Virus record (IMG/VR): IMGVR_UViG_3300045988_103181
Span: 1-32,079 of that record
Length of the DNA: 32,079 bases
Source: a virus
Reading direction: 5' to 3' (one strand)
Shown here: positions 18,084 to 27,004 of the stretch, in pieces
Numbering within the stretch: position 1 is the first letter of the stretch
Layout: each line of letters opens with the position of its first letter
The notes under the pieces: model-generated
The model's input: only the letters and a program-made list of their open reading frames with translations
The model's database searches: none
What the model was told of the DNA's origin: nothing
Translations under genes and position numbers: made by a program

Positions 18084-18355
18084 TGGAAGAATTTAAATTG
18101 CAGTTCTACTTCAATTTATATAAGAATACTTCTATGGATAGTAGAAATGATTTCAGAGCAAAGTTTCATAAGAGACATGGGGAGTTTCGTTATTTAAATG
18201 AATTGATAAGAATGATAGAAAATTATCAAATAAAAACATTTGGTTGTACTTTACATGAGGGTTATAACAGCAGATTAAAGCAACAGACAAATGCCTACCT
18301 AAGAGGAAGAGAAAGAAAGAAATCAAATGGAAGGAGGTGGAGAAATTATGAATAA
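18083..18355 (+). CDS. hypothetical basic protein
   Basis: 90-aa ORF. Confidence 0.35.
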   Translation: MEEFKLQFYFNLYKNTSMDSRNDFRAKFHKRHGEFRYLNELIRMIENYQIKTFGCTLHEGYNSRLKQQTNAYLRGRERKKSNGRRWRNYE

Positions 18356-18557
18356 TGTTTATATAAATTTAAAAGAAAAAAACATTTGTGACCCAATAAA
18401 TAATATATTTAAAAATCAAGATTTAGTATCTGTTGAGGAATTAGTTGATAAAATAGAAGATTATTATGCAGAAATAAAAAAGCAACAAGAAGAAATTGAT
18501 GATTTAAAAGAATATAAAAATCAATATTGTGAATTATACGACCAATATTGTAGATAG
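18348..18557 (+). CDS. hypothetical acidic coiled-coil protein
   Basis: The track ORF is 18327..18557. The ATG at 18348 follows an AAGGAGGTGGAG RBS. Confidence 0.4.
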   Translation: MNNVYINLKEKNICDPINNIFKNQDLVSVEELVDKIEDYYAEIKKQQEEIDDLKEYKNQYCELYDQYCR

Positions 18558-18565
18558 GAGAAAAT

Positions 18566-18724
18566 ATGAGAAAAAAAACAAAAACAAGAGTGTTAAATAT
18601 TAGACTTTCTGAATGGGAGTTTAATGAATTAGAAAAAGTAACAAAATTGACAGGGCAAAGTAAGACATCATTTTTAATAATGGCTATGCTTGAAAAAGCA
18701 CAAAAAATAAAAGGAGGTAAATAA
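18566..18724 (+). CDS. ribbon-helix-helix (CopG/MobC-like) DNA-binding protein, 52 aa (not in track)
   Basis: Translates MRKKTKTRVLNIRLSEWEFNELEKVTKLTGQSKTSFLIMAMLEKAQKIKGGK. The RLSEWEF..L.....GQSKTSFLIMAMLE stretch fits the RHH pattern (beta strand then two helices). Confidence 0.5.
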   Translation: MRKKTKTRVLNIRLSEWEFNELEKVTKLTGQSKTSFLIMAMLEKAQKIKGGK

Positions 18725-19113
18725 TGAAACTATTTAGATTTATGTCAAAAGAAGAATTCAATAAATACTTAAAAGGTGAGAAATTAATCAACGAGACAAG
18801 ACACATAGGTTATACCAATTCTAAAGGTTTTTGTTTTATGGATTTAGAAGATTATGAGCCTGAATATGCTTATCAATTTCTAAGTGGAATTGTAAGTACA
18901 GGAGTTTGTGTAGTATTTGAAACAAATGAAATTTTAACAAAAAGTTATGGAAGATATGCTGAACCTTATGGTGGTTTTTTTGATAGTTTTGTTTCTGATG
19001 AATATTGTATAGAAAAATATAGTAATAATGATTTTAGATTAATCAAATATTGCTATGATTTTGATGAAAAATGGTATCAAGATAAAGAATGGAAGTGGCA
19101 TCATGAAGTATAA
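18724..19113 (+). CDS. hypothetical protein
   Basis: 129-aa ORF with an AAAGGAGG RBS. Confidence 0.4.
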   Translation: MKLFRFMSKEEFNKYLKGEKLINETRHIGYTNSKGFCFMDLEDYEPEYAYQFLSGIVSTGVCVVFETNEILTKSYGRYAEPYGGFFDSFVSDEYCIEKYSNNDFRLIKYCYDFDEKWYQDKEWKWHHEV

Positions 19114-19381
19114 TATTAAATTAAGTAAAGGCAAAATAAATATAAATGGTAAAGAATATGATATATCAGATGAAGTAGCAGAGTTTATCATTTATGAAAC
19201 AAACACTAGAGATGACATAATACAAACAAGAGATGTATATAAAAGAACTATAGATAAAGCAATAAAATACATAGAAACTTGTAATCCTAATGTTGAGTTA
19301 CATAGTGAATTCTTAGATGAAAGTTACCTTTCTAATTATGGTGCAAAAGAATTATTAGACATATTAAAGGTGGTGAGATAA
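19103..19381 (+). CDS. hypothetical protein
   Basis: The track ORF is 19055..19381. The ATG at 19103 overlaps the upstream stop. Confidence 0.35.
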   Translation: MKYNIKLSKGKININGKEYDISDEVAEFIIYETNTRDDIIQTRDVYKRTIDKAIKYIETCNPNVELHSEFLDESYLSNYGAKELLDILKVVR

Positions 19382-19734
19382 TGAATAAAGAGATAGTTAT
19401 ATATAGACACAAAACAAATAAGAATATTTATCTTATAAAAAATTGGTATGTTTGTGGTGGAAGCCCTGATACTGATTGGTTTAAAGCAACCAATGATATA
19501 TATGAAGCAATAGAAAATTCGAAAAATAAAGATGGCAAAACAATAGAAGAAGCATATAACACCAGGGCATTTCCAGATGAATTAAAAGCAAAGATTATAG
19601 TAGATAAAGAGTTTGAATTTGATGGCTACAAAGGAATTTTGAAAAAAGAATTAGTATTTAAAGTATCAGATTTTGAAAAAATCACTTTAATAATAAAAGA
19701 AGATTTAGTAGAAAAGGTAGAGAGTGATGAGTAA
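19381..19734 (+). CDS. hypothetical protein
   Basis: 117-aa ORF with a GGTGGTGAG RBS. Confidence 0.4.
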   Translation: MNKEIVIYRHKTNKNIYLIKNWYVCGGSPDTDWFKATNDIYEAIENSKNKDGKTIEEAYNTRAFPDELKAKIIVDKEFEFDGYKGILKKELVFKVSDFEKITLIIKEDLVEKVESDE

Positions 19735-20202
19735 ATGGAAGAAAAATTATTCTTATTTAACCCTTTTAACATAAAAAGTATAAATGAAAAAGAACTTGCT
19801 AGTATGTATCAAGAAGTATTTAAAAAAATTATAGATGAACCTAATTCAATGTATCAATATGCACAAAATGTAGAAGTTTATTCTAATCTTAATTACATAA
19901 TAGGAGAAGTGATAGCAAGGCTTACTAAAGACATAATAGAATTAAAAACACAAATAGAAATAGATAGAGCAATAAAAACAACAGAGGAAAGAAAGAATTG
20001 GAATACCGAAAGAGATGGCAAAGCACCTGCTATGGCTTATTTTGAGGCTCTAGGAACTCGTTTTTGCCAAGAAGATATAAAGAGACTAGCAGATAAAGAA
20101 TGCTCGTTAAAAAGGTTTAAAAATGCTTATACAAGCACAGAAAATAAAATTAATGCTCTAAAAAAGAAATTAGAAAGTATAAAATATGAAAACAGTTTTT
20201 AA
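19735..20202 (+). CDS. hypothetical protein
   Basis: 155-aa ORF. Confidence 0.4.
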   Translation: MEEKLFLFNPFNIKSINEKELASMYQEVFKKIIDEPNSMYQYAQNVEVYSNLNYIIGEVIARLTKDIIELKTQIEIDRAIKTTEERKNWNTERDGKAPAMAYFEALGTRFCQEDIKRLADKECSLKRFKNAYTSTENKINALKKKLESIKYENSF

Positions 20203-20250
20203 TAATTAAGGGGGAGATATTAAAAAGATAATATTTCTTCTTTTTATATA

Positions 20251-20279
20251 TTGACATACCTACTTAAATGGTGTATAAT
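20251..20279 (+). promoter_or_regulatory. sigma-A promoter: TTGACA, 17 bp, TGtTATAAT (replication-module promoter)
   Basis: Perfect consensus hexamers with a 17-bp spacer and an extended -10, read directly. Confidence 0.75.
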
Positions 20280-20308
20280 CAATTTAGATAAGAAAGGTAG
20301 GTGATAAA

Positions 20309-20467
20309 ATGAAACTATTATTTAGATTTATGAAGAAAGCAGACAAGGATAGAAATAGAATAACTATACCACAATTTCTAATTAATAAATATGGTAGTGA
20401 ATTCTATTTAGAATTCTATGATGATGAAACTATTAAATTAGTACCAGTTAAAAAGGAGGAAAAATAA
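20309..20467 (+). CDS. AbrB/MazE/SpoVT-like swapped-hairpin DNA-binding protein, 52 aa (not in track)
   Basis: Translates MKLLFRFMKKADKDRNRITIPQFLINKYGSEFYLEFYDDETIKLVPVKKEEK. RITIPQFL is the signature loop of the AbrB fold. RBS AAAGGTAGGTG. Confidence 0.45.
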   Translation: MKLLFRFMKKADKDRNRITIPQFLINKYGSEFYLEFYDDETIKLVPVKKEEK

Positions 20468-21264
20468 TGGCAAAATTCAAAGTAAATAAAACAAAAGATT
20501 ACACTATAATGAGTAATTATCATTTAAAAGAAAAGAATATGAGTTTAAAAGCAAAAGGGCTATTAAGCGTTATGCTATCGTTACCAGATAATTGGGATTA
20601 TTCAATATCAGGATTAGTAGCGATTAGTTTAGAAAATGAAACATCAATAAAAAGTGCATTATCAGAATTAAAAAAACTTGGATATTTAGAAGTAATTAAA
20701 TTAATGCCTAATGAAAGTGAAACAGGAAGAATTGATTATATTTATAATGTTTATGAAAAACCAAAACAAGAGAGTGGAAAACAAGAGGTAGAAAAACAAG
20801 AGGTAGAAAATCTACCCCTAGAAATTCTAGAGGTAGAAAATCAAGGACAATTAAATACTAATAATAAATATAATAATATAAATATTATTAATACTAAAAA
20901 ACAAAATATAGATTATATAAATAATAATAGTAGTAGTATAGAGAAACGAGATACGATTTATGACTTCTTAGAACAAAACTTTGGAAGAACATTAAATAGT
21001 ATTGAAATTGAAATGATAAAAGAATGGAATGATAATGAATTAACTAGATATGCAATTAAACAAGCAGTATTAAATGGTAAATATAATGTTAAATACATAA
21101 ATACGATATTAGTTAATTATAGAAATAATTCCATAACAACAGTGCAACAAGCACAAGAGGAAGAAAAAGTATTTAAAAGCAAAAAAGAAATAAAAAAATC
21201 AAGAACATCTGCAATGGATGAAACAATTAAGGAGATATATAATGGAACAATTAAACTTCAGTAA
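20467..21264 (+). CDS. replication initiation / replisome organiser protein (DnaD-like C-terminal domain)
   Basis: C-terminal stretch LNSIEIEMIKEWNDNELTRYAIKQAVLNGKYNVKYINTILVNYRNN matches the DnaD/phage replisome-organiser pattern. The N-terminal winged-helix-like region contains internal tandem DNA repeats. Confidence 0.65.
   Translation: MAKFKVNKTKDYTIMSNYHLKEKNMSLKAKGLLSVMLSLPDNWDYSISGLVAISLENETSIKSALSELKKLGYLEVIKLMPNESETGRIDYIYNVYEKPKQESGKQEVEKQEVENLPLEILEVENQGQLNTNNKYNNINIINTKKQNIDYINNNSSSIEKRDTIYDFLEQNFGRTLNSIEIEMIKEWNDNELTRYAIKQAVLNGKYNVKYINTILVNYRNNSITTVQQAQEEEKVFKSKKEIKKSRTSAMDETIKEIYNGTIKLQ
20776..20842 (+). repeat. iteron-like direct repeats (AGAGGTAGAAAA x3, two of them as a tandem 15-mer ACAAGAGGTAGAAAA) inside the replication gene; candidate origin
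   Basis: Repeats read directly from the sequence. They encode QEVEKQEVE...LEVE. Confidence 0.5.
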
Positions 21265-21643
21265 AATAGTTAATGTATTAAGAATAGCCTATCCTTATTA
21301 TTTTAAAGATATGGAAAAAGAAAGCACAATTATGTTTAATCAACTATATTATAGCAAATTAAAAAAGTATGATTATATAGTGGTATCAAGTGCTATAAAC
21401 AAGATAATTGAAAAAAGTGAATTCATGCCTACTATAGCAGAAATATTAACAGAATGTGATAAAGAGACAAGGAGATTATACAAAATAAAAATAGATAAAA
21501 TGTATGCAAATGGTTTCTTTAAGACAGACCAAGAATATGGAAAAGCCTTACAATGGCTTTTTGAGGACAAGCCTATTGTTCCTAATTGGTTGTTAGAAGA
21601 AATCAATGGATATGAAGAAAAATTATTAATATCAAAAAAATAA
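21242..21643 (+). CDS. helicase loader/inhibitor, SPP1 G39P-like
   Basis: VNVLRIAYPYYF...DYIVVSSAINKIIEKSEFMPTIAEIL fits the G39P family pattern. The ATG at 21242 follows an AAGGAG RBS, and the track start at 21218 is upstream of this. Confidence 0.5.
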   Translation: MEQLNFSKIVNVLRIAYPYYFKDMEKESTIMFNQLYYSKLKKYDYIVVSSAINKIIEKSEFMPTIAEILTECDKETRRLYKIKIDKMYANGFFKTDQEYGKALQWLFEDKPIVPNWLLEEINGYEEKLLISKK

Positions 21644-21662
21644 ATAAAAATGTAAAATATAG

Positions 21663-21691
21663 TTGACAAAAATTAAAATAAGATGTATAAT
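21663..21691 (+). promoter_or_regulatory. sigma-A promoter: TTGACA, 17 bp, TGtTATAAT (recombination-module promoter)
   Basis: Consensus hexamers with an extended -10, read directly, about 30 bp upstream of the ERF gene. Confidence 0.7.
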
Positions 21692-21721
21692 TAAGAAGAA
21701 AATGAAAGGAGAACAAAGAAA

Positions 21722-22303
21722 ATGAAAGAAATAAATATTAAATTAATGAATATTCAACAAGAATTAAAAGCACCAAAAGGACAATATAATTCTTTTGGTA
21801 AATATGCTTACAGAAGTTGTGAGGACATATTAGAGGGAGTAAAACCTTTATTAAAAAAAGAAAAAGTAGTGTTAACAATAAGTGATGAACTTCAATATAT
21901 AGGAAATAGATACTATATAAAAGCAACAGCAACACTTATTGATACTGAAAGTGAGGCAACTATAAGTAATAGTGCTTATGCAAGAGAAGAAGAAACAAAA
22001 AAAGGAATGGATGGAAGTCAAATAACTGGAGCAAGTAGTAGTTATGCTAGAAAATATGCTTTAAATGGTTTATTTGGAATAGATGATAATAAAGATAGTG
22101 ATACTACTAATATTCAAAGTAAAGAAGAAAAAGAAGACAAAAAGGCAAGCCCTAAGCAAATAGAACTTATACAAAAATATTATCAAGGCGAAAATTTAAC
22201 TAAATTACTAGAAATAAATAACCTTGAAAAGTTAGAAGATATGTCTATTAATAAAGCAAGTGAAATATTAAATAAATTATTTGCAAAAAAGGAGGACAAG
22301 TAA
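21722..22303 (+). CDS. erf: ERF-family single-strand annealing protein
   Basis: NSFGKYAYRSCEDILEGVKPLL...YYIKATATLIDTESEA...AREEETKKGMDGSQITGASSSYARKYALNGLFGIDD closely resembles the P22 Erf core, as I recall it. Confidence 0.8.
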   Translation: MKEINIKLMNIQQELKAPKGQYNSFGKYAYRSCEDILEGVKPLLKKEKVVLTISDELQYIGNRYYIKATATLIDTESEATISNSAYAREEETKKGMDGSQITGASSSYARKYALNGLFGIDDNKDSDTTNIQSKEEKEDKKASPKQIELIQKYYQGENLTKLLEINNLEKLEDMSINKASEILNKLFAKKEDK

Positions 22304-22617
22304 TGAATAATTTAATAGTAAAAAAAGAAGATAATTATCAATTAACAGATACGATTATATCAGAATTGAGATTAATTGATGAAGAGGAAAAAGAATTAAA
22401 AGAGAAAAAAGAAAAGATAAGAGAAATCTTATTAAAAGAAATGGAAGATAAAAATATCTTAAAATTAGAAAATGAAAAGATTAGTATTACTTACAAAGCA
22501 CCAACAGAAAGAGAAACATTTAGAACAAAAGATTTTAAAAAAGATTTACCTGATTTATATGATACTTATGTAGAATTCACACCAGTTAAAAGTTCGTTAT
22601 TAATCAAGATTAAATAA
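22303..22617 (+). CDS. hypothetical coiled-coil protein
   Basis: 104-aa ORF. Confidence 0.35.
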   Translation: MNNLIVKKEDNYQLTDTIISELRLIDEEEKELKEKKEKIREILLKEMEDKNILKLENEKISITYKAPTERETFRTKDFKKDLPDLYDTYVEFTPVKSSLLIKIK

Positions 22618-23216
22618 TGCAAACTTGGACTATAGGTGATTATGTTATAGAATATTGGGAAGATAGTCATACATATTTAGTTAATGGAATTATTCTTCCC
22701 TCTATAACAACAATATTAAAAAAGAAATTCGGAAATAAGTATCAAGGGGTAGATGAAAGAATACTCGAAGTAGCAAGTCAAAAAGGTACAAATATGCACC
22801 AAGCAATTCAAGATTACGAAGAAGATGGTATAAATGACCTTAATAATAGAGAACTTCAAAATTACATATTTTTAAAGAAACATTATAAATGGCAAGTAAT
22901 ATCCTCAGAGATACCAGTAATATTATTTCTAGAGAATGTTCCAATAGCAGTAGGTAGATTAGACCAGATAATAGAAATTAATGGTGAAAGAGGAGTAAAT
23001 GATTTTAAAAGAACAGCCATTTTTGATAAAGAATATGTGGCATATCAGACTAATCTTTATAAGATAGCCTATGAACAAAGTTACCACATGCCTTTATCAT
23101 TTGTAAGCGGTACACATTTAAGAGAAGAAAAAAGAAAATTTTATAAATTGCCAGTAAATGAAGAAATAGCAATAAAATTAGTAAAAGAATATTTGGAGGA
23201 AAAAGAAGATGTATAG
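22617..23216 (+). CDS. putative PD-(D/E)XK-family nuclease (recombination exonuclease partner of ERF)
   Basis: N-terminus W.DSHTYLVNG..LPSITTIL...G...QKGTNMHQAIQDYEE and later acidic residues suggest a Cas4/RecB-like nuclease fold. It is adjacent to erf. Confidence 0.4.
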   Translation: MQTWTIGDYVIEYWEDSHTYLVNGIILPSITTILKKKFGNKYQGVDERILEVASQKGTNMHQAIQDYEEDGINDLNNRELQNYIFLKKHYKWQVISSEIPVILFLENVPIAVGRLDQIIEINGERGVNDFKRTAIFDKEYVAYQTNLYKIAYEQSYHMPLSFVSGTHLREEKRKFYKLPVNEEIAIKLVKEYLEEKEDV

Positions 23217-23373
23217 AAATAAATATTTATTAGAAGTAATAATTATAATCATAGTATTAGTTATAGCAATATTTGTAAGGAATATCCAAAAAAATAATTG
23301 TATAGAAAAGGGTGGCTCAGTAATAACTAACTCAATAGGTATCTATGAAAAATGTATATATGGAGGGAAATAA
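23209..23373 (+). CDS. hypothetical 54-aa membrane peptide (not in track)
   Basis: Translates MYRNKYLLEVIIIIIVLVIAIFVRNIQKNNCIEKGGSVITNSIGIYEKCIYGGK. Confidence 0.3.
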   Translation: MYRNKYLLEVIIIIIVLVIAIFVRNIQKNNCIEKGGSVITNSIGIYEKCIYGGK

Positions 23374-23555
23374 TGGAAGAATTAATTATATTAAGTATAT
23401 TTACTATGTCAGTGTTAGTGTATGAATTAATCAAAACAAAAAAAGAAAATAAGATACTTTATAATAATTATCAAACAGCATTGAAAATATTATCAGAATA
23501 TGACCCTAAGTTAAAAGAATATTTAGAAAGGGAGAATAAAAATGACACAAAATGA
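23373..23555 (+). CDS. hypothetical small membrane protein
   Basis: The track ORF is 23352..23555. The ATG at 23373 follows a GGAGGG RBS. One predicted TM helix. Confidence 0.35.
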   Translation: MEELIILSIFTMSVLVYELIKTKKENKILYNNYQTALKILSEYDPKLKEYLERENKNDTK

Positions 23556-23772
23556 AATGATAATTAAATATCTAAATGAACATGGAAGCATAACTACTTA
23601 TGAAAGTTATTCAAAATTATTTATAACTAGGCTTAGTGCCAGAATTTATGAGATAAAACATAAATATGGAATAGAGTTTGATGAAGAATGGGTAACAAAA
23701 AAGAATATTTATGGTAAAACTTGTAGTTTTAAAAAGTATATTCTAAAGAGAAAGGAAAAAGAAGATGTATAG
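23542..23772 (+). CDS. winged-helix DNA-binding protein (phage HTH_36-like)
   Basis: IIKYLNEHGSITTYES...ITRLSARIYEIKHKYGIEF fits the pattern of winged-helix phage regulators. Confidence 0.45.
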   Translation: MTQNEMIIKYLNEHGSITTYESYSKLFITRLSARIYEIKHKYGIEFDEEWVTKKNIYGKTCSFKKYILKRKEKEDV

Positions 23773-23965
23773 ATTTAAAAAAGAAAAATTTGATAAAATA
23801 AAATTAAATCAAGCAAAAATAGCAGAAGAAGTTGGAATAACTAGGCAGTACATGAATAGTATATATAATCAAGCAACATTATGCAAAAAAACAACAGCAT
23901 ATGCCATAACAAAAAGCATAGATAATAATGCTGAAATAAAAGATTTTTTTGAAGAGGCAAAATAA
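23765..23965 (+). CDS. XRE-type helix-turn-helix transcriptional regulator
   Basis: LNQAKIAEEVGITRQYMNSIYN is a classic HTH motif. Confidence 0.5.
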   Translation: MYRFKKEKFDKIKLNQAKIAEEVGITRQYMNSIYNQATLCKKTTAYAITKSIDNNAEIKDFFEEAK

Positions 23966-24474
23966 TGAGTATAAGAAGTCAATGGTGTGAGTTTGATAAA
24001 GAAACAAGAAAATACATAAAGAAAAGAGATAATAATAGATGTATCTTTTGTGGAAATAATGGGGCTTTGCAAATAGCACATATATTCTTATCAAGGGCAA
24101 AAGGTGGCAAAGGTTGCAAAGAGAATGGTGTTATGTTATGTATTAAATGTCATCAAGCATTAGATAATGGCAAAGATACTTCATTAAGAGACCAAATAAG
24201 TCGATTTTGTAGGTCACATTTAATCGAAAAAGAAAACATAATAGATTTATCTAGTTTGATGAAAACACTTAAATATGATAAAAAAAATAGTCTTAAAGAA
24301 AGAATTATAATACCAGAAGAAAAAAAAGAAATAAAAGATAGATGTAAAAATTGCAGATTATTAGAAAAAAGGCAAGTAAAAGGTAATTCAATACCTACAT
24401 ATTATTGTAGATATAGAAAAATAAGAATAACAAAAAATACAGAGGCTTGCAAAGATTTTAGGAGGATAAAATGA
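23965..24474 (+). CDS. HNH endonuclease domain protein with C-terminal Cys-rich region
   Basis: RCIFCG...LQIAHI...G...ENGVMLCIKCH matches the HNH motif (CxxC...H...N...CxxCH). A further CKNC...C cluster follows. Confidence 0.6.
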   Translation: MSIRSQWCEFDKETRKYIKKRDNNRCIFCGNNGALQIAHIFLSRAKGGKGCKENGVMLCIKCHQALDNGKDTSLRDQISRFCRSHLIEKENIIDLSSLMKTLKYDKKNSLKERIIIPEEKKEIKDRCKNCRLLEKRQVKGNSIPTYYCRYRKIRITKNTEACKDFRRIK

Positions 24475-24674
24475 AACTGGAAAAAATAAGCATATTTCAA
24501 ATGTGGAAATTGAAAAAAGAATTTCCTACGAGTAAGACTGAAAGAGAACAATTGAGAATACTAAAAAAAGATAAACAAGAAGATATAAAAGCATATTTAA
24601 TTATAATTAATTTATTATTATTAACAGCAATATTAAGTTATGTATTATATCTAATGTTGACTTATAAGTGGTAA
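24471..24674 (+). CDS. hypothetical membrane protein
   Basis: 67 aa with a C-terminal TM helix. Confidence 0.35.
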   Translation: MKLEKISIFQMWKLKKEFPTSKTEREQLRILKKDKQEDIKAYLIIINLLLLTAILSYVLYLMLTYKW

Positions 24675-24687
24675 GGAGGGAGAGTAA

Positions 24688-24924
24688 ATGAGTAGAGTAC
24701 ATTTAGGAATGGCAAGACCTATAAAACAATTTGTAAAAGATTATACAAAACTATTAAATCTTATTGATGAAATAGAAATGTATCCACCTGAAGACAAATT
24801 ACAAAAGGAATTATATATTGCAAGATTAAAAATAACATTTAATGATGCTTTAGTACAATTTAATAATATAAAAAACACACAAATAGAAATATTAGAGTGG
24901 GGAAGCGATGGTAATGAAATATAA
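24688..24924 (+). CDS. hypothetical protein
   Basis: 78-aa ORF with a GGAGGGAG RBS. Confidence 0.4.
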   Translation: MSRVHLGMARPIKQFVKDYTKLLNLIDEIEMYPPEDKLQKELYIARLKITFNDALVQFNNIKNTQIEILEWGSDGNEI

Positions 24925-25120
24925 ACTAAAAGATGGAGTAAACTTTAATTTAATTAATAAAAAATCAATAATAAAGTTTGATTTTGATTTATCAGATTAT
25001 TACAACAAAGAAACAAGAATATTTGAGTTTCCAAAAGGATATGTATCATTTAGTTTAATGAGTGATGTATTTAATTCTTTCTTATTTCCATTAGATTTAG
25101 TAGAGAAAGTAGATGATTAA
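24908..25120 (+). CDS. hypothetical protein
   Basis: 70-aa ORF. Confidence 0.3.
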   Translation: MVMKYKLKDGVNFNLINKKSIIKFDFDLSDYYNKETRIFEFPKGYVSFSLMSDVFNSFLFPLDLVEKVDD

Positions 25121-25219
25121 ATGTTTATATTATATATACCATTAATATTCTGGGGGTCAATTGGTATAGGAGGAGTTATAGGGTTAATTATGATGATAAA
25201 GGAGTGGAAAAATGAATAA
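25121..25219 (+). CDS. 32-aa hydrophobic micro-protein (not in track)
   Basis: Translates MFILYIPLIFWGSIGIGGVIGLIMMIKEWKNE, a single TM helix. Its end overlaps the start of the next gene. Confidence 0.25.
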   Translation: MFILYIPLIFWGSIGIGGVIGLIMMIKEWKNE

Positions 25220-25583
25220 AGAAATATTAGAAATAACAAAAAATTTTCATGACACATATGAAAAATTGGCTAGCGAATATGCTTACAAAACAAGAGAAGA
25301 TACCAAGGCGTTTGATATTAATTCAAACAATGGGAAACTTATGTATGCAACAGTTAATGAAATTGTAAGCCCTATTTTAAAAGAAAACCAAGAATTAAAA
25401 GATAATTGGGAAATGCTAAAACACAATCTTAAAGTAGTAATCAAGAGATATAATGACTATTGCAAAAAAAATAGTACAAATGAATTTGATATAGATTATT
25501 TAATTGCAGATACCACAATGAAAAATTATGCAGCATTTTTATCAATAGTAAAATATTTTGAAGGAAATGATAGTAATGAATAA
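25212..25583 (+). CDS. hypothetical protein
   Basis: 123-aa ORF with a GGAGTGG RBS. Confidence 0.4.
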   Translation: MNKEILEITKNFHDTYEKLASEYAYKTREDTKAFDINSNNGKLMYATVNEIVSPILKENQELKDNWEMLKHNLKVVIKRYNDYCKKNSTNEFDIDYLIADTTMKNYAAFLSIVKYFEGNDSNE

Positions 25584-25860
25584 AGAATTAGCATTAAGAA
25601 CATTTGCTTATTTAATTGGGCATTATAAAACACATGAAGAGACTACTATGAATAGTCAAGAAATAGAAGCAATAAATTATATACTTGATGAAAATGAAAG
25701 ATTAGAACACCAATGTCAAAAACAAAAAGAAGGAATTAATAAGGCAAGAGAAGAATTAAAAAAAGGACTTCATGAATTAGATACAAGAAGAAGGGAAGAA
25801 GTTTACATAGAACAATACATAGAAGAAGCATTAAATATGTTAAAAGAGGTATCAGAATGA
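25558..25860 (+). CDS. hypothetical coiled-coil protein
   Basis: 100-aa ORF. Confidence 0.35.
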   Translation: MKEMIVMNKELALRTFAYLIGHYKTHEETTMNSQEIEAINYILDENERLEHQCQKQKEGINKAREELKKGLHELDTRRREEVYIEQYIEEALNMLKEVSE

Positions 25861-26105
25861 GTAAAGTATTAATATATAGTCAAGAAGATTTAGACTTAAT
25901 TTTAGAACTTAAAAAAGAAGAAAACGAAGAACTACAACAAGAAAATAAACAACTAAAAGATAAACTATCTAAAATAGAAACATTAATAATAAACCACAAT
26001 TGTGATACTGGTGATATTTATTATAAGTATAATAGCAAATTTTTAAAAAGCGAATTAAAACAAAGAATATTAGAAATAGTATATGAAGAAGAAAGTAGAG
26101 AGTGA
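25857..26105 (+). CDS. hypothetical coiled-coil protein
   Basis: 82-aa ORF. Confidence 0.35.
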   Translation: MSKVLIYSQEDLDLILELKKEENEELQQENKQLKDKLSKIETLIINHNCDTGDIYYKYNSKFLKSELKQRILEIVYEEESRE

Positions 26106-26112
26106 TGATTAA

Positions 26113-26385
26113 ATGACTAGAGAAGAATTTATAAAGCAAAGATGTGAAATAGATAAAATAACAGAAGAAGAATTTGAAAAACGATACAGAGTTGTTAAAT
26201 GTAATTGTGGACAGCCTTATTGTAAAGGATATAGATGTCTTGATTTAGATGGTTTATTAAAAGAAAATCAAAAATTAAAAGAAGCAATAGATAAAATAAA
26301 CCATATTTTAAACAACCAAATTAATTATAGAGAGTTTGTGGATATCGTAAATGCCATTGAAGATGTAGTTAAAGAGGTGGGATAA
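26113..26385 (+). CDS. hypothetical Cys-cluster (CNCGQPYCKGYRC) protein
   Basis: 90-aa ORF. Confidence 0.35.
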   Translation: MTREEFIKQRCEIDKITEEEFEKRYRVVKCNCGQPYCKGYRCLDLDGLLKENQKLKEAIDKINHILNNQINYREFVDIVNAIEDVVKEVG

Positions 26386-26506
26386 ATGAGTATATATGAA
26401 GCAAATATAACTAATCCTAAAAAGCAATTAGAATTTTATAAAAATTTATCAGAACAATTACAACGAGAAAATAAAAAAATAAAGAAATAATAGGAGATGA
26501 TAAATA

Positions 26507-27004
26507 ATGAAGTTTAAAGTAGGAGATAAAGTAATATTAAATAAAAATATAAGAGATTTCAAGTATAGTCGTGGTTTTGTTGGTTATGATGAAATGGGAA
26601 CAATCAAAAGAATAGATGAATATCAAGAAATAAGAGTTGATTTTCCATCTTGTGACGATTGGAGAGGTTTAGAAAAAGAATTAATACTAGTATCATCAAA
26701 TAATAAAAAAACATTCTTTAAAAAACTACCAAATAACTATACAGGAACAATAGAAGTAGAGAATGGCTACATAATAGAAAAAGAAATACTTGATAAAGAA
26801 GAAAAAGAGTATTTAAGTGCAGTTATTAGACCATTTAGAAATAGGGTCGAATATATACAAAAAAAAGACATTATGAATGAATTTATTGAAATTGAATTAG
26901 ATAACGAATTTTTTAATTTGCCTGATTTTGAAAAAGACACTATGTATAAAGGCATGGAATTAAATAAAAAATACACATTAAAGGAGTTAGATTTAGATGA
27001 GTAA
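26507..27004 (+). CDS. hypothetical protein
   Basis: 165-aa ORF with a GGAG RBS. Confidence 0.4.
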   Translation: MKFKVGDKVILNKNIRDFKYSRGFVGYDEMGTIKRIDEYQEIRVDFPSCDDWRGLEKELILVSSNNKKTFFKKLPNNYTGTIEVENGYIIEKEILDKEEKEYLSAVIRPFRNRVEYIQKKDIMNEFIEIELDNEFFNLPDFEKDTMYKGMELNKKYTLKELDLDE

